Source of the DNA: a virus
Taxonomy: Duplodnaviria; Heunggongvirae; Uroviricota; Caudoviricetes
DNA: 64,000 nucleotides
Virus record (IMG/VR): IMGVR_UViG_3300018481_000002
Location: 23,199 to 87,198 of that record
Strand: one strand, 5' to 3'
Notes under the pieces: model-generated
Database searches by the model: none
Seen by the model: only the letters and a program-made list of their open reading frames with translations
What the model was told of the DNA's origin: nothing
Made by a program: the position numbers and the translations under genes
In this document: positions 1 to 8,467 of the stretch, piece after piece
Position numbering within the stretch: position 1 is the first letter of the stretch
How the letters are laid out: the number at the start of each line of letters is the position of its first letter

Positions 1-316
1 CGTGCTCGTAGTTGTCCCAGATGTACTTGAAGGCGGACGCGAGCCCATCTTCAAGCGAGTCGCACTCGACGTAGATCGAGTCCCCCTCTTCCAACTCGTG
101 CTTGTCGTTGTTCCAGATCGTCTGCTGAAGCTTCACACCCATCCACATGTCCGTGTAGACGTGGTCGATGTGCCAGGACTGCGTGAGCAACCCCTGCTCC
201 AGGCCGTACAGGATGTTGTCCAACAGGTTGTGGTGAGGTTCGAGTTGAAGAATCCCCCGAACCTCACCACGCACCTGCTCACACGCAGCTTCCCCATCTT
301 TGTGCGAACAAGCCAT
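1..316 (-). CDS. hypothetical protein, 3'-truncated at window edge
   Basis: minus-strand ATG at 316..314, frame open to position 1; translation MACSHKDGEAACEQVRGE... not Arg/Pro-rich; directly follows stop of 334..1359. Confidence 0.5.
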   Translation of the reverse strand, partial: MACSHKDGEAACEQVRGEVRGILQLEPHHNLLDNILYGLEQGLLTQSWHIDHVYTDMWMGVKLQQTIWNNDKHELEEGDSIYVECDSLEDGLASAFKYIWDNYEH

Positions 317-333
317 CGGCAACTTGATGTCGG

Positions 334-1359
334 TCACGTCTGCACCATCACCGTGTGGGACTTCGGGTCCCGGATCCGCGAAACCAGCGACGTCAACTGA
401 GCACTGAACAGGCTGATCTCGTACTCCGCCGTCTCAGCCTTGGACGACAGGTTCGTTGTGTACTCCGACAGCTTTGTCGACAACTTGATCGCCTGGTCCG
501 CGTAAGCGTCGTACGTCTTCTCCTCGATCTTCCGACCGGGGCTGGCCAGGATCTTCCCAACCTCACCCATCAGTCGCTCCACCTCTTGGATGGTCTCCTG
601 TTCGAAGGACTCCATGATCCGCTCCCGCTGTTCCACCAGGTTCAGCAGAGGCAGGACGTGGAACTCCGACCCCACGGACCGCACCCACTCGGCGAGCTTC
701 GCGATCTCGGCGGAGTGGTTCTGCCAGGTGAAGTACAGACCACCCGACTCCTTCACACAGGTCGCCTGCAGGTCGTAGATGTACTCCCGCACGAAGGTAC
801 GCACGGCGTGCGAGTCCATGAAGTTCAGCAGGTGGTCGTAGTGGTCCTCGAACGTTGCCAGTTGCTCGGTGAGCCACTGGTCCTCGTCGGCGGTGAGCGG
901 CTCACCGAGGTTGGAGGTGGTACGTCGGCACTCCACACCGTGACCGGTGTACTCGCCGTCCTTCTTGACGCCACGGGTGAACGTCAACTCGCCCACCTTC
1001 TCGTAGAAGATGCGACGCTTCACCCCAGCCTTGATGACAGCCCGCTCCAAGATGATCTGACGGTGCGCGTACGAACCGTCTTCACCGACAGGGCGGACCA
1101 TCAGCTCCGAGCGGATCCCGTTGACCGGCTTGAACTTCTTCTCGATCCGCTTGCTGGCCTTCTTGAACGCATCCACCGGGCGGAGGTTCTTCCGCAGGTG
1201 GGTGGTGTCCAGCCCGGCAGCACCCAGGTCACGCTGGGCGTTCTTCAGGTTCACGTCCGCCTGGCTGATCGAAAACCACAGCAAGTCTCCGAGGAACGCC
1301 TCAGCGGGCAGGTCCTGGATGGCCTGCGTGTAGTTGTCCATCACAACAGTGGTGGTCAC
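334..1359 (-). CDS. hypothetical protein (341 aa)
   Basis: ORF track; AGGAGG RBS upstream of ATG; balanced composition. Confidence 0.7.
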   Translation of the reverse strand: MTTTVVMDNYTQAIQDLPAEAFLGDLLWFSISQADVNLKNAQRDLGAAGLDTTHLRKNLRPVDAFKKASKRIEKKFKPVNGIRSELMVRPVGEDGSYAHRQIILERAVIKAGVKRRIFYEKVGELTFTRGVKKDGEYTGHGVECRRTTSNLGEPLTADEDQWLTEQLATFEDHYDHLLNFMDSHAVRTFVREYIYDLQATCVKESGGLYFTWQNHSAEIAKLAEWVRSVGSEFHVLPLLNLVEQRERIMESFEQETIQEVERLMGEVGKILASPGRKIEEKTYDAYADQAIKLSTKLSEYTTNLSSKAETAEYEISLFSAQLTSLVSRIRDPKSHTVMVQT

Positions 1360-1386
1360 TTGGCCTCCTATGGCCTCAGGGACAGA

Positions 1387-1629
1387 TCAAACGACTGTCC
1401 GAAACTCTACTTCATCCAGTTCGTCAGGGTAGGCATCGTGGCCTTTCCATGTCTCCATGTTGGTGACGAAGTACCACTCCCTGCGGAGCATCCCATCATC
1501 GTCGTACTCGGTTTCCACGGAGTCAACGACGACAACGCCTGGGATGAGGGCGTCGATGTCGGCGTCGGGTCCTGGCTGGAACAGCAGCTGTTGGTTCACC
1601 TTGTAGAGGGGTTCCTCAACGGTGATCAA
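1387..1629 (-). CDS. hypothetical small protein (80 aa)
   Basis: ORF track; acidic, collinear with block. Confidence 0.5.
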   Translation of the reverse strand: MITVEEPLYKVNQQLLFQPGPDADIDALIPGVVVVDSVETEYDDDGMLRREWYFVTNMETWKGHDAYPDELDEVEFRTVV

Positions 1630-1909
1630 CAGCGCCCTTGATGGACTCGATCGCTGCGTTGACCTCTTCGTCGGTGATGATCGGCTCCAAGTCTTCGATC
1701 GCTACCCACCATCCTTTCCGCTCCTCTCCCCGGTATGGCCGTGGCAAACCTCTCACCAGCGAACCCAAGGGGTAGGCGCAGAACACCCGGTCCTCATCGT
1801 TCTTGCTCTTATGGATCACGGTCACCTCGGTGCCGTCCGAGAAGTGGTGGTTCAAACCACAGGTGTCACCCGTGACCACGACCTGGTCGCCAACCTCGTA
1901 GTCAGCCAT
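1616..1909 (-). CDS. small protein, TDEE-tail family (..DEEVNAAIESIKGAVDHR), N-term GDQVVVTGD barrel motif
   Basis: ORF track; shared C-terminal motif and N-terminal GDxVxVTGD signature. Confidence 0.7.
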   Translation of the reverse strand: MADYEVGDQVVVTGDTCGLNHHFSDGTEVTVIHKSKNDEDRVFCAYPLGSLVRGLPRPYRGEERKGWWVAIEDLEPIITDEEVNAAIESIKGAVDHR

Positions 1910-2249
1910 CCTTTTGCTCTCGGATCTCGGCGACCAGTTGGTCGAACTGGGCCTGGATGTGGGGCGGCATGTTGGCGGACTGCTCCTGGAGGTGCTCCAT
2001 CCCCGTCACCGTCATGCGGCTGATGGCCTTCATGAAAAGCGGGAGGGCGTTGTCCAGGAGGAACAGCCCGTCGTCGTCTGCGCCGTCCTTGTTGAGCTCC
2101 AGGATGAGCTCCAGGGTGGCTGCGTTCAGGTTGATGGAGGCCTTGGTGTAGGCCACACCCTTGTGTTCGAAGATCACTCCTCGCACGACCAGATCGCCGG
2201 GCGGCTTCTCAGCGCTCACCTTCTCCTTCTTCTTCTTCCAGAAGCTCAT
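1902..2249 (-). CDS. hypothetical Lys-rich protein
   Basis: ORF 1902..2264; start moved to internal ATG (MSFWKKKK) forming ATGA overlap with stop of 2246..2662. Confidence 0.55.
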   Translation of the reverse strand: MSFWKKKKEKVSAEKPPGDLVVRGVIFEHKGVAYTKASINLNAATLELILELNKDGADDDGLFLLDNALPLFMKAISRMTVTGMEHLQEQSANMPPHIQAQFDQLVAEIREQKDG

Positions 2250-2662
2250 GTTTCCTCCCTGCATGAGCCACCAGCCAGCCCTGAGGGGATCTGGCCTTCA
2301 CTCCAGACGTGTGTCTGAATCCCAGCCCTCTCCCCACGTCGCACCATGTCGTCGGTGCCGTTGGACTTCCCGGTGGAACGAAACGCCCAGATGACATCTG
2401 GGTCGTGGTCGTCGATCATCTTCTGGTTCCGGATCGGACCCGCTGCCTTCCCGTGTGCATCCCAGTCGGCAGGTACGGCGATCACCCTGGCGTTGAACTG
2501 CGGGGCGATGCTCGCAGCCATCCGGTCCGCACCCTTGGCGTCGCCGTGGATGAGGACCAGTTCCTCGCCCTTGCGGACGCTCTCGCCCATCAGTTGGGCG
2601 AACACCATGTGGATCGGGTCAGGGTCCTTCCACCCACGAGACCCACACATCAGGACCTTCAC
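2246..2662 (-). CDS. SLOG/DUF2493-like (YspA-type Rossmann) protein
   Basis: MKVLMCGSRGW...LIHGDAKGADRMAASIA matches GSR...GADxxA signature of DUF2493/SLOG. Confidence 0.65.
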   Translation of the reverse strand: MKVLMCGSRGWKDPDPIHMVFAQLMGESVRKGEELVLIHGDAKGADRMAASIAPQFNARVIAVPADWDAHGKAAGPIRNQKMIDDHDPDVIWAFRSTGKSNGTDDMVRRGERAGIQTHVWSEGQIPSGLAGGSCREET

Positions 2663-3033
2663 CTGTCGTCGTCTTCGGTCGCTTCCAGACGGGCGTTCAG
2701 TTCGGCCTTCGCCTCCTCGAAGTCAGCCTCCACGTCATCGAAGGACATGACGTTCCCGTTGTGGATGATGTACGTGGTGTCGGTGTCAGTGTCGGTGGCC
2801 TCCAGGTAGAAGGCATCCAACCCGAACCGCATCAGCTGGATCGCGGCCACGTTGATGGCCTCGGTGAGGTTGTGGACACCAGCGACGTTGATGCTGAAGT
2901 TGATCTCGCAGTTCTCGACGAGAGGAACCTCGTGCTCCTCGGCGGGCTCCTCGGCCAGTGCATCCTGCTCGTGCTCGTCCTGCTCGTCGGTGGCAACTGG
3001 GAAGTTGTCAGGCTCGGTGGTCTGCTCGGTCAT
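2659..3033 (-). CDS. hypothetical highly acidic protein
   Basis: ORF track; ATGA overlap with downstream gene; D/E-rich. Confidence 0.6.
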   Translation of the reverse strand: MTEQTTEPDNFPVATDEQDEHEQDALAEEPAEEHEVPLVENCEINFSINVAGVHNLTEAINVAAIQLMRFGLDAFYLEATDTDTDTTYIIHNGNVMSFDDVEADFEEAKAELNARLEATEDDDR

Positions 3034-3236
3034 GGGTTCTCCTTCTCGATCGTGATGCCGTGCTTCTGTAGAAGATGGTCAACTACAGACCTTTCAGCCT
3101 GGTTCGGGTGGCCCCTCTTCCCGGACTGGTAGTCACAGGACTTGCAGCGTGCCTGGTAAAACAGGGGCCGCTTGAACCCGTGAGGGAAACCAGTGGCAGG
3201 AAGCACCTTGTAGTGGGCGTGGTAGATGCCAACCAT
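3030..3236 (-). CDS. hypothetical small protein (68 aa)
   Basis: ORF track; TGATG coupling to 3236..3736. Confidence 0.5.
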   Translation of the reverse strand: MVGIYHAHYKVLPATGFPHGFKRPLFYQARCKSCDYQSGKRGHPNQAERSVVDHLLQKHGITIEKENP

Positions 3237-3736
3237 CAGGCGTGGTGCCTCCTCAGGATGTCCATCACGTCAGCCACATCCCAGTCGTGCCCGTGGTGAA
3301 GTTGCTCTCGGCGTCCCGCACGAAGCTCAGCCTCGATGGCGTCAAGGTTGACCCTGATGACGTGGCTCCCGGACGAACGCTGGACAGCACGCAAGATGCT
3401 CCGCAACGCAGACTCCTCCTCCTGTGCAGTGGGCCCCGAGTTGAAGTCGCGGGGCACCAGGACCCGGTTGAGGGCAACGTCGTACTCCATGCCCTGCCGC
3501 TTGGACCGTGTGCCGTCCTTGTTCAACTTGATCGGCGTGTAGTGCCGCACGTAACGGATGGAAGCAGAGTCGTGGGTGGGTCCCTCCTTGATCGAGACGA
3601 TCGGGTCACCGTCGGCGTCCCGGACGTCCCCCCGAGCCTTCAACGCTGCGACAGCCTCCGCCACGTCCGCGACCTGACGCATCTCGTCGCGATCCATCGG
3701 GGTGGGAGTCCAGGTGACGACCTTGGTTGCGGTCAC
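3236..3736 (-). CDS. hypothetical protein (166 aa)
   Basis: ORF track; coupled to neighbours. Confidence 0.6.
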   Translation of the reverse strand: MTATKVVTWTPTPMDRDEMRQVADVAEAVAALKARGDVRDADGDPIVSIKEGPTHDSASIRYVRHYTPIKLNKDGTRSKRQGMEYDVALNRVLVPRDFNSGPTAQEEESALRSILRAVQRSSGSHVIRVNLDAIEAELRAGRREQLHHGHDWDVADVMDILRRHHA

Positions 3737-4032
3737 GGGGAACCCTGAGGCTCCGCATCACCGACGTAGCGGGCGTAGATGTCCACCATGTACGGCGGTC
3801 CCTCGTTGTCGCCCTCGATACGACGAGACACAACCTCGAAACCCTCCGCGAACGCCTTCACGGTGCCGTTCTTGAAGCGGGTCACCGTCCCATCCCGGAC
3901 GTTCTCCTTCAACCGAGCCCATTCACCGGGCTTCTTCTTGAGCTCCTCAGCGATGGGAGCCCACTTGCTGGGCCGTCCCACACTGCCGTCCCTGCCATCG
4001 GGAGGAGGCTCCCTCCAGTCGATGTCCACCAT
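3733..4032 (-). CDS. hypothetical protein (99 aa)
   Basis: ORF track; ATGA overlap. Confidence 0.6.
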   Translation of the reverse strand: MVDIDWREPPPDGRDGSVGRPSKWAPIAEELKKKPGEWARLKENVRDGTVTRFKNGTVKAFAEGFEVVSRRIEGDNEGPPYMVDIYARYVGDAEPQGSP

Positions 4033-4033
4033 G

Positions 4034-4393
4034 TCATGCTCCTCTCGTTGTGCTCAGGATGCTGCTGATCGCAGCGTCGATGTCCTCTTCAGGGACTACA
4101 CGCGTCAGGTCTACTTTGCTGATCCGCTTTCGGAACAGCTCGTTGTCACTGGGGGCATCACCTTTGTTGCCTCGGTACTGCTCGATGTATCGCTGCTGGT
4201 CAGGATCCCAACGGTAGACCCGCCAGTTATTGTAGAACGTTTTGTTCCACTTGTAGATCCCCTTCTTGGCTTTTTGTAGGGATTCGTGGTGCCGGATCTG
4301 ACCGGCCATCGAACCTCCCTGCCACAGCAGCCACTCAGGCGGCGGAGGGAACTCTCCCTCCAGGGGCGGGTAAGCCTTCTGGCTGTATGTCAT
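4034..4393 (-). CDS. small protein, TDEE-tail family variant (..EEDIDAAISSILSTTRGA)
   Basis: ORF track; C-terminal motif. Confidence 0.6.
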   Translation of the reverse strand: MTYSQKAYPPLEGEFPPPPEWLLWQGGSMAGQIRHHESLQKAKKGIYKWNKTFYNNWRVYRWDPDQQRYIEQYRGNKGDAPSDNELFRKRISKVDLTRVVPEEDIDAAISSILSTTRGA

Positions 4394-4806
4394 GTGACCT
4401 CCTCAGTCCATGCCAACGTGATGGACGCACCACTGCGCGTCCACGTCTCCTCGTAGTTGTTGACCTCGTCAGCCTTCGTGTAGTTGGTGCGGTGGAACCC
4501 CATGTCAAGCAAGCCTCGGCGGATCAGCTTCCTCTCGTACGCCCGGTTCGCAAGCCGACCCTTCTGGATGCTCGCCATCGCATCGGCGACGTCCTGCTCG
4601 GTCACCAGGTTCTCAAGATCCCTGGCGGCTACGTTGCGGAAGAAATCCCCCTCGCTGCAGCACCAGCCGTCGACGAGGTTCGACTTGTCTCTACCCTTAC
4701 CCGGGTATCGAACCTTGTTCACGAGCGTCACCCGCGTGCCAGGGGCGAGGTTGTGGCCCCACTCCTCTTCGTCGCCTGTGATGACTACCAGGTCACCTTC
4801 CTTCAT
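4390..4806 (-). CDS. small protein, TDEE-tail family (GDLVVITGDEEEWGHNL; internal EQDVADAMASIQKG + 45 aa extension)
   Basis: ORF track; ATGA coupling; family motifs. Confidence 0.65.
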   Translation of the reverse strand: MKEGDLVVITGDEEEWGHNLAPGTRVTLVNKVRYPGKGRDKSNLVDGWCCSEGDFFRNVAARDLENLVTEQDVADAMASIQKGRLANRAYERKLIRRGLLDMGFHRTNYTKADEVNNYEETWTRSGASITLAWTEEVT

Positions 4807-5129
4807 GACTTCTCCCTCCCGCAGGTGCAGGTGGGACAGTGGGGACGCGGAGGTGGGCGTGTCTTGATGGCCGCGATGGCCTCAGCCACCTCAGCTTCTA
4901 GGCTGAGGACAACCTCCAAGTCGGCCTCGGATACCCACCAACCGGTGTCGTCCGCTGTCGGGTCCTCTGGGTAGCAGAGCCACCCTGGGGCAGTGTCGTC
5001 CTCGTCTTCCTCGTTCTTGGTGTCGAGAACAACCCGCGTCTCGTTCTTGAAGTTGTGTCCCCAACCGGAGCTGTCGCCTGTGACGACAGCGACGTCACCC
5101 TTCTGGTAGCGGAAGACTCTCGCCCTCAT
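4803..5129 (-). CDS. small protein, TDEE-tail family (GDVAVVTGDSSGWGHNF; EAEVAEAIAAIK)
   Basis: ORF track; ATGA coupling; family motifs. Confidence 0.7.
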   Translation of the reverse strand: MRARVFRYQKGDVAVVTGDSSGWGHNFKNETRVVLDTKNEEDEDDTAPGWLCYPEDPTADDTGWWVSEADLEVVLSLEAEVAEAIAAIKTRPPPRPHCPTCTCGREKS

Positions 5130-5500
5130 GGGGTCACCTGGGTGACGCTGCGGATGCTGGCGAGGGCTTCTTCAACCTCATCATCGGACGGGCCCTCGGC
5201 TACGACGATGCGTCCGTTCACCGTGTGACAGTCTTCGTCCGACCCGTACCGGTCGAAGACATCCCACCTGACGCTGTACCTTTCTGGCCACAGGTCATCC
5301 CCGCGCTGCTCGTTGTTTTCGAATCCCATGTAACCGGAGCGGTCCGTGCCAACTCTGGTTACCGTCCCCACGGAGAACCCTTGGCTCGTCCAGGATCCTT
5401 TCCTTGAACGGGCGCTTTCACTCTCGAAGTCCGGAATCAACTGGATCCGATCCCCGACCTTGAACCGAGGCTCCGGGGGATCGTCGTAGTTCTGGCTCAT
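5126..5500 (-). CDS. small protein, TDEE-tail family (SDDEVEEALASIRSV)
   Basis: ORF track; ATGA coupling; family motif. Confidence 0.7.
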   Translation of the reverse strand: MSQNYDDPPEPRFKVGDRIQLIPDFESESARSRKGSWTSQGFSVGTVTRVGTDRSGYMGFENNEQRGDDLWPERYSVRWDVFDRYGSDEDCHTVNGRIVVAEGPSDDEVEEALASIRSVTQVTP

Positions 5501-5775
5501 GTCTTCCCCTTGATAGACTGGATCGCCTGGTGGATCTCCTTCGGGTCCACAGCTACACCGACCAGGTCAGACTCAGCCACCCACGCAGTCCAGATCCTGG
5601 GCTTCTCCTCGAACCTGTAGATGGGGGCCACGTACCAGGCGGGGAAGTCGTGGTACCCGGGGTCGTACTTCTCCCGGTACTCCAGGAGGACAACCTCTGT
5701 GCCTGCGGGGAAGGCGTGGTCGATGTCCGCTGCGTCATCCTTCACGAGGGCGAAGTCCCCTACCTTGAACAGCAT
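5497..5775 (-). CDS. small protein, TDEE-tail family (DPKEIHQAIQSIKGKT)
   Basis: ORF 5497..5820; start placed at internal ATG (MLFKVGDFALV) to reduce overlap with 5735..6079; start uncertain. Confidence 0.5.
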   Translation of the reverse strand: MLFKVGDFALVKDDAADIDHAFPAGTEVVLLEYREKYDPGYHDFPAWYVAPIYRFEEKPRIWTAWVAESDLVGVAVDPKEIHQAIQSIKGKT

Positions 5776-6079
5776 TGCTTGCCCTTTCGATGCTTCGGAT
5801 GGCTGTCTGAATTTCTTCATCAGTCGGTGCCGCTGACTCCAGGTCCTGGACGGCGACGTACCAGCCTCGGCTTCCGTCTCTGGAGGCGCAATCCCAGCAA
5901 GGGAACATGTTGCCCCCGACGGCTCTGCCTTCCTCCATGTAGTGCACGGCTTCGACGATGGTCCCGACCTCGAAGTGGTGCGCCATTTGGGCCGTATCTC
6001 CGGTCACCCTCAACAGGTCACCCTCGCGGAACTCGCGGGTGTCGATCAGCCCCTCTAGGTGCTTCGCCAGGTCGCTCAT
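5735..6079 (-). CDS. small protein, TDEE-tail family (GDLLRVTGD; PTDEEIQTAIRSIERAS)
   Basis: ORF track; family motifs. Confidence 0.65.
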   Translation of the reverse strand: MSDLAKHLEGLIDTREFREGDLLRVTGDTAQMAHHFEVGTIVEAVHYMEEGRAVGGNMFPCWDCASRDGSRGWYVAVQDLESAAPTDEEIQTAIRSIERASNAVQGRGLRPREG

Positions 6080-6504
6080 AGGTCACACTTGTGGTCGTTG
6101 ATGACTCGGTTGATGGTGTCCACGTGGGCGTGCTGGGTTTGTAGGACAACCAGCCCGCATGTGTCGTGTGTCAGCTCCCAGAACTCCCTGACTGATCGCA
6201 CCGTGAACTCGCCTGGGTCAGCGCCGTGCAGTTCGACCAGGGCGGACACGAGGTCCGTCTTCTCCTGGTCGGTGATCCCCGGCATCTCTGCCTGACTGAG
6301 ACCGAACACCTCAGCGATCTCCTGATCGGTTACCGGGCTGGTCTTCCACGGGCTCTGCCTCACGATGTGGTTAGTTTCCCTGCCGTGGGCCAGGGCCTTG
6401 TCCAGGTTCTTCGAGATGATGCCGTTGCCAGTGGCGTTCATCCTGGGCCAGGCCAGTTCACAGTCGTTGCAGTCGTACCAGATGTTCTGGGGGGTGGTGG
6501 TCAT
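6076..6504 (-). CDS. hypothetical protein with internal PVTDQEIAEVFGL motif
   Basis: ORF 6076..6519; start moved to ATG giving ATGA overlap with 6501..6719. Confidence 0.6.
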   Translation of the reverse strand: MTTTPQNIWYDCNDCELAWPRMNATGNGIISKNLDKALAHGRETNHIVRQSPWKTSPVTDQEIAEVFGLSQAEMPGITDQEKTDLVSALVELHGADPGEFTVRSVREFWELTHDTCGLVVLQTQHAHVDTINRVINDHKCDL

Positions 6505-6719
6505 CGCGTTGTGCTCCACTCCCCGTACCTGACGGACCGGACGAACACCTCCACGGCGTGACCGTTCAACGTGTTTGCCCGCTCATCTCCGGTGTAGTAG
6601 TACGCACCGTCGTCGCCGTGCTTCGGGTTGCATCCCTGGGCTTCACAGTCGACCCGCGACGTGTACTCCAGGTGTGTTCCAGCAGGAGGGAGTTGGGTGT
6701 CTTTGATGACGTCCATCAT
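6501..6719 (-). CDS. hypothetical small protein (72 aa)
   Basis: ORF track; ATGA coupling. Confidence 0.5.
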   Translation of the reverse strand: MMDVIKDTQLPPAGTHLEYTSRVDCEAQGCNPKHGDDGAYYYTGDERANTLNGHAVEVFVRSVRYGEWSTTR

Positions 6720-6961
6720 CGCTTCACCTTCTTGATAGATGCGATGGCTTCTGCGACCTCACCGTCAGACACGTGCTCCAACCGGAGACCGTCACCGATG
6801 ACCATGCTCGGGTGGTAGGCGCAGATGTGGTTCCAAGCATCGTTAACACAGTTGTCCAGTTGGCCGAACTCGTAGTCGCCGTTGGAGCACAACCCGCACT
6901 CCACGTAGCCATCGTTGATCAGCATGTACTGGAGGAACTGCTGCACCTGGTCGAGGTCCAT
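6716..6961 (-). CDS. small Cys-rich protein, TDEE-tail family (SDGEVAEAIASIKKVKR)
   Basis: ORF 6716..7132 trimmed: upstream 57 codons are Arg-rich frame artefact; internal ATG at 6961 abuts stop of 6961..7317. Confidence 0.6.
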   Translation of the reverse strand: MDLDQVQQFLQYMLINDGYVECGLCSNGDYEFGQLDNCVNDAWNHICAYHPSMVIGDGLRLEHVSDGEVAEAIASIKKVKR

Positions 6962-7266
6962 CAGGGCTCTTCGTGGGTGCAGTCCGGGCAGTCGTGCAAC
7001 TTCTTCTTCACCGGCTGGATCCCCATCAACGCCATGAACTCGGCGTCCAAGTCCGCCTCGGAGATGTCGAGGTCGAGGTCTCTCCTCAACCACCACCCCA
7101 TCGACTTGCCGTTCTCGTCCCGGATGAGCCACGTGCTGTCACCCTTGTCGTACTCGTCCGTGAACCCGACGTCGCCCACGTTGACGTCGTTGTTCCAGGT
7201 GTTCTTCTTGGTGATCACGACCCGGTCGCCGGGCCTCAGTCGCCGTGCGACTTTCTTCTTCGTCAC
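6961..7266 (-). CDS. small protein, barrel-like GDRVVITK N-term, variant tail (EADLDAEFMALMGIQP)
   Basis: ORF 6961..7317; GTG start at 7266 gives GTGA overlap with ligase stop. Confidence 0.5.
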   Translation of the reverse strand: MTKKKVARRLRPGDRVVITKKNTWNNDVNVGDVGFTDEYDKGDSTWLIRDENGKSMGWWLRRDLDLDISEADLDAEFMALMGIQPVKKKLHDCPDCTHEEP

Positions 7267-8120
7267 AGCACCTCCAAGACAGCCTTGTTGACGTGCTTCA
7301 TCTGCGAGGTCAAGCACTCGTCGGGACGCTTGTCGTCCCTCTTGCGGAGCAGGGTGGGCTGATACAGACGCCCGTTTGCACCCACGTACAGGTACTTCAC
7401 CTCCACGACATCACCCACGGCGATGGTGTCGTGTTTCTCCTTGCCGATGAGGCTGGTCCGACCAACCTCAACCACCCGGTCTAGGTGACCCGGTATCCCG
7501 GTGGTCTCGGTCCGCTGGGTCATACCCAACTTGATGGACTCCTTGCCGTCGTCGCGGACAGCCAACACCTCACAGTCAGCGGTCGTCACGAACTTCAACT
7601 TCGTCCACTCCATCGTCCGCGCACCAGACCGGTACGGCGACGACGCGTCCTTGAAGATCAGACCCTCGAAGTTGTTCCGCAGCGCGTACTCAGCCAACGA
7701 AACCTTCTCCTCGAACGTCCGAGCCTGAGGCACCAGCTTGATCGCCGGGTTCCCCTTCGCCCACAGGTGGAACGTGTGCTCCAACACGAACCGACGGTCA
7801 GTCAACGGCATCGTCGGGTCCGTCGCCGGGGACTGCGGGATGTCGAACACCCAGAACACCCCGTCCACCAACTCCCCGTCCAGGATGAACGACTGCGGGT
7901 TGGGGTCGTTGGGGAACCGGAACTCCATCAACGCCTTCGGGAGACCCTTCGTGTACGGGGTGCCGTTCCTGGTCAGGGCAGTCGGCGGGTAGTCACCACC
8001 AGGTGAGCACAGCAAGATGCGGTGCCCGTCAAGCTTCTGCTCGGCGACCTTGTTGGGGTCCTCCAGGTACGCCCGGAGCTGGTTCAGGTTGGCCTCTTCA
8101 GCCAGTTGGGGGAAGATCAT
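7263..8120 (-). CDS. lig: ATP-dependent DNA ligase (compact, 285 aa)
   Basis: motif I KLDGHR, motif III EGLIFKD, motif IV DASSPY, motif V WTKLKF; ctaGGAGG RBS. Confidence 0.8.
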   Translation of the reverse strand: MIFPQLAEEANLNQLRAYLEDPNKVAEQKLDGHRILLCSPGGDYPPTALTRNGTPYTKGLPKALMEFRFPNDPNPQSFILDGELVDGVFWVFDIPQSPATDPTMPLTDRRFVLEHTFHLWAKGNPAIKLVPQARTFEEKVSLAEYALRNNFEGLIFKDASSPYRSGARTMEWTKLKFVTTADCEVLAVRDDGKESIKLGMTQRTETTGIPGHLDRVVEVGRTSLIGKEKHDTIAVGDVVEVKYLYVGANGRLYQPTLLRKRDDKRPDECLTSQMKHVNKAVLEVL

Positions 8121-8412
8121 GGGAGCCTCCTAGGGCTTCTCGGATGGAGGCGATTGCCCCCGCTACCTCTTCGTCGGACACCTCAAGTTGGACGCCGTGC
8201 TTGTCGATGTTCAGAGGGTGGTGGTTGTCAGGTGATTCCTCAAGTCGGTAGTTGTACCCGTCCAGTCGCACACTGACTATGTCCTCCTCGTAGTAGTTGT
8301 GTGTGTCCACTACAACCCCACGAAACCCGTTCTCCTGGACGGGGTGCGACCACCCCCTCAGCTCCTTCGTCAGGATGATCCGGTTACCGATCTTGAAGTC
8401 GCTTCTTCTCAT
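8098..8412 (-). CDS. small protein, TDEE-tail family (SDEEVAGAIASIREALGG)
   Basis: ORF track; family motif; 22-nt overlap with ligase start. Confidence 0.65.
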   Translation of the reverse strand: MRRSDFKIGNRIILTKELRGWSHPVQENGFRGVVVDTHNYYEEDIVSVRLDGYNYRLEESPDNHHPLNIDKHGVQLEVSDEEVAGAIASIREALGGSHDLPPTG

Positions 8413-8467
8413 GGCCTCCTCTTCCCAGTGGGGGCCGATTGCTCGACCCCCACCTCGACCTTGGTTG

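Noticed and set aside
2-400. 132-aa plus-strand ORF at the window start
   Set aside because: It is antisense to the partial minus-strand gene 1-316 and to the end of 334-1359.
355-1641. 428-aa plus-strand ORF, and similar long plus-strand ORFs at 8297-9997, 14046-15548, 16119-17450, 16871-18124, 17341-19377, 19952-21256, 23486-24928, 31394-32626, 37407-38540, 47761-48816, 49216-51102 and 51615-52532
   Set aside because: All are antisense to well-supported minus-strand genes with recognisable domains. Their translations are Arg/Leu/Val/Gly/His-rich in the way typical of shadow frames in high-GC DNA.
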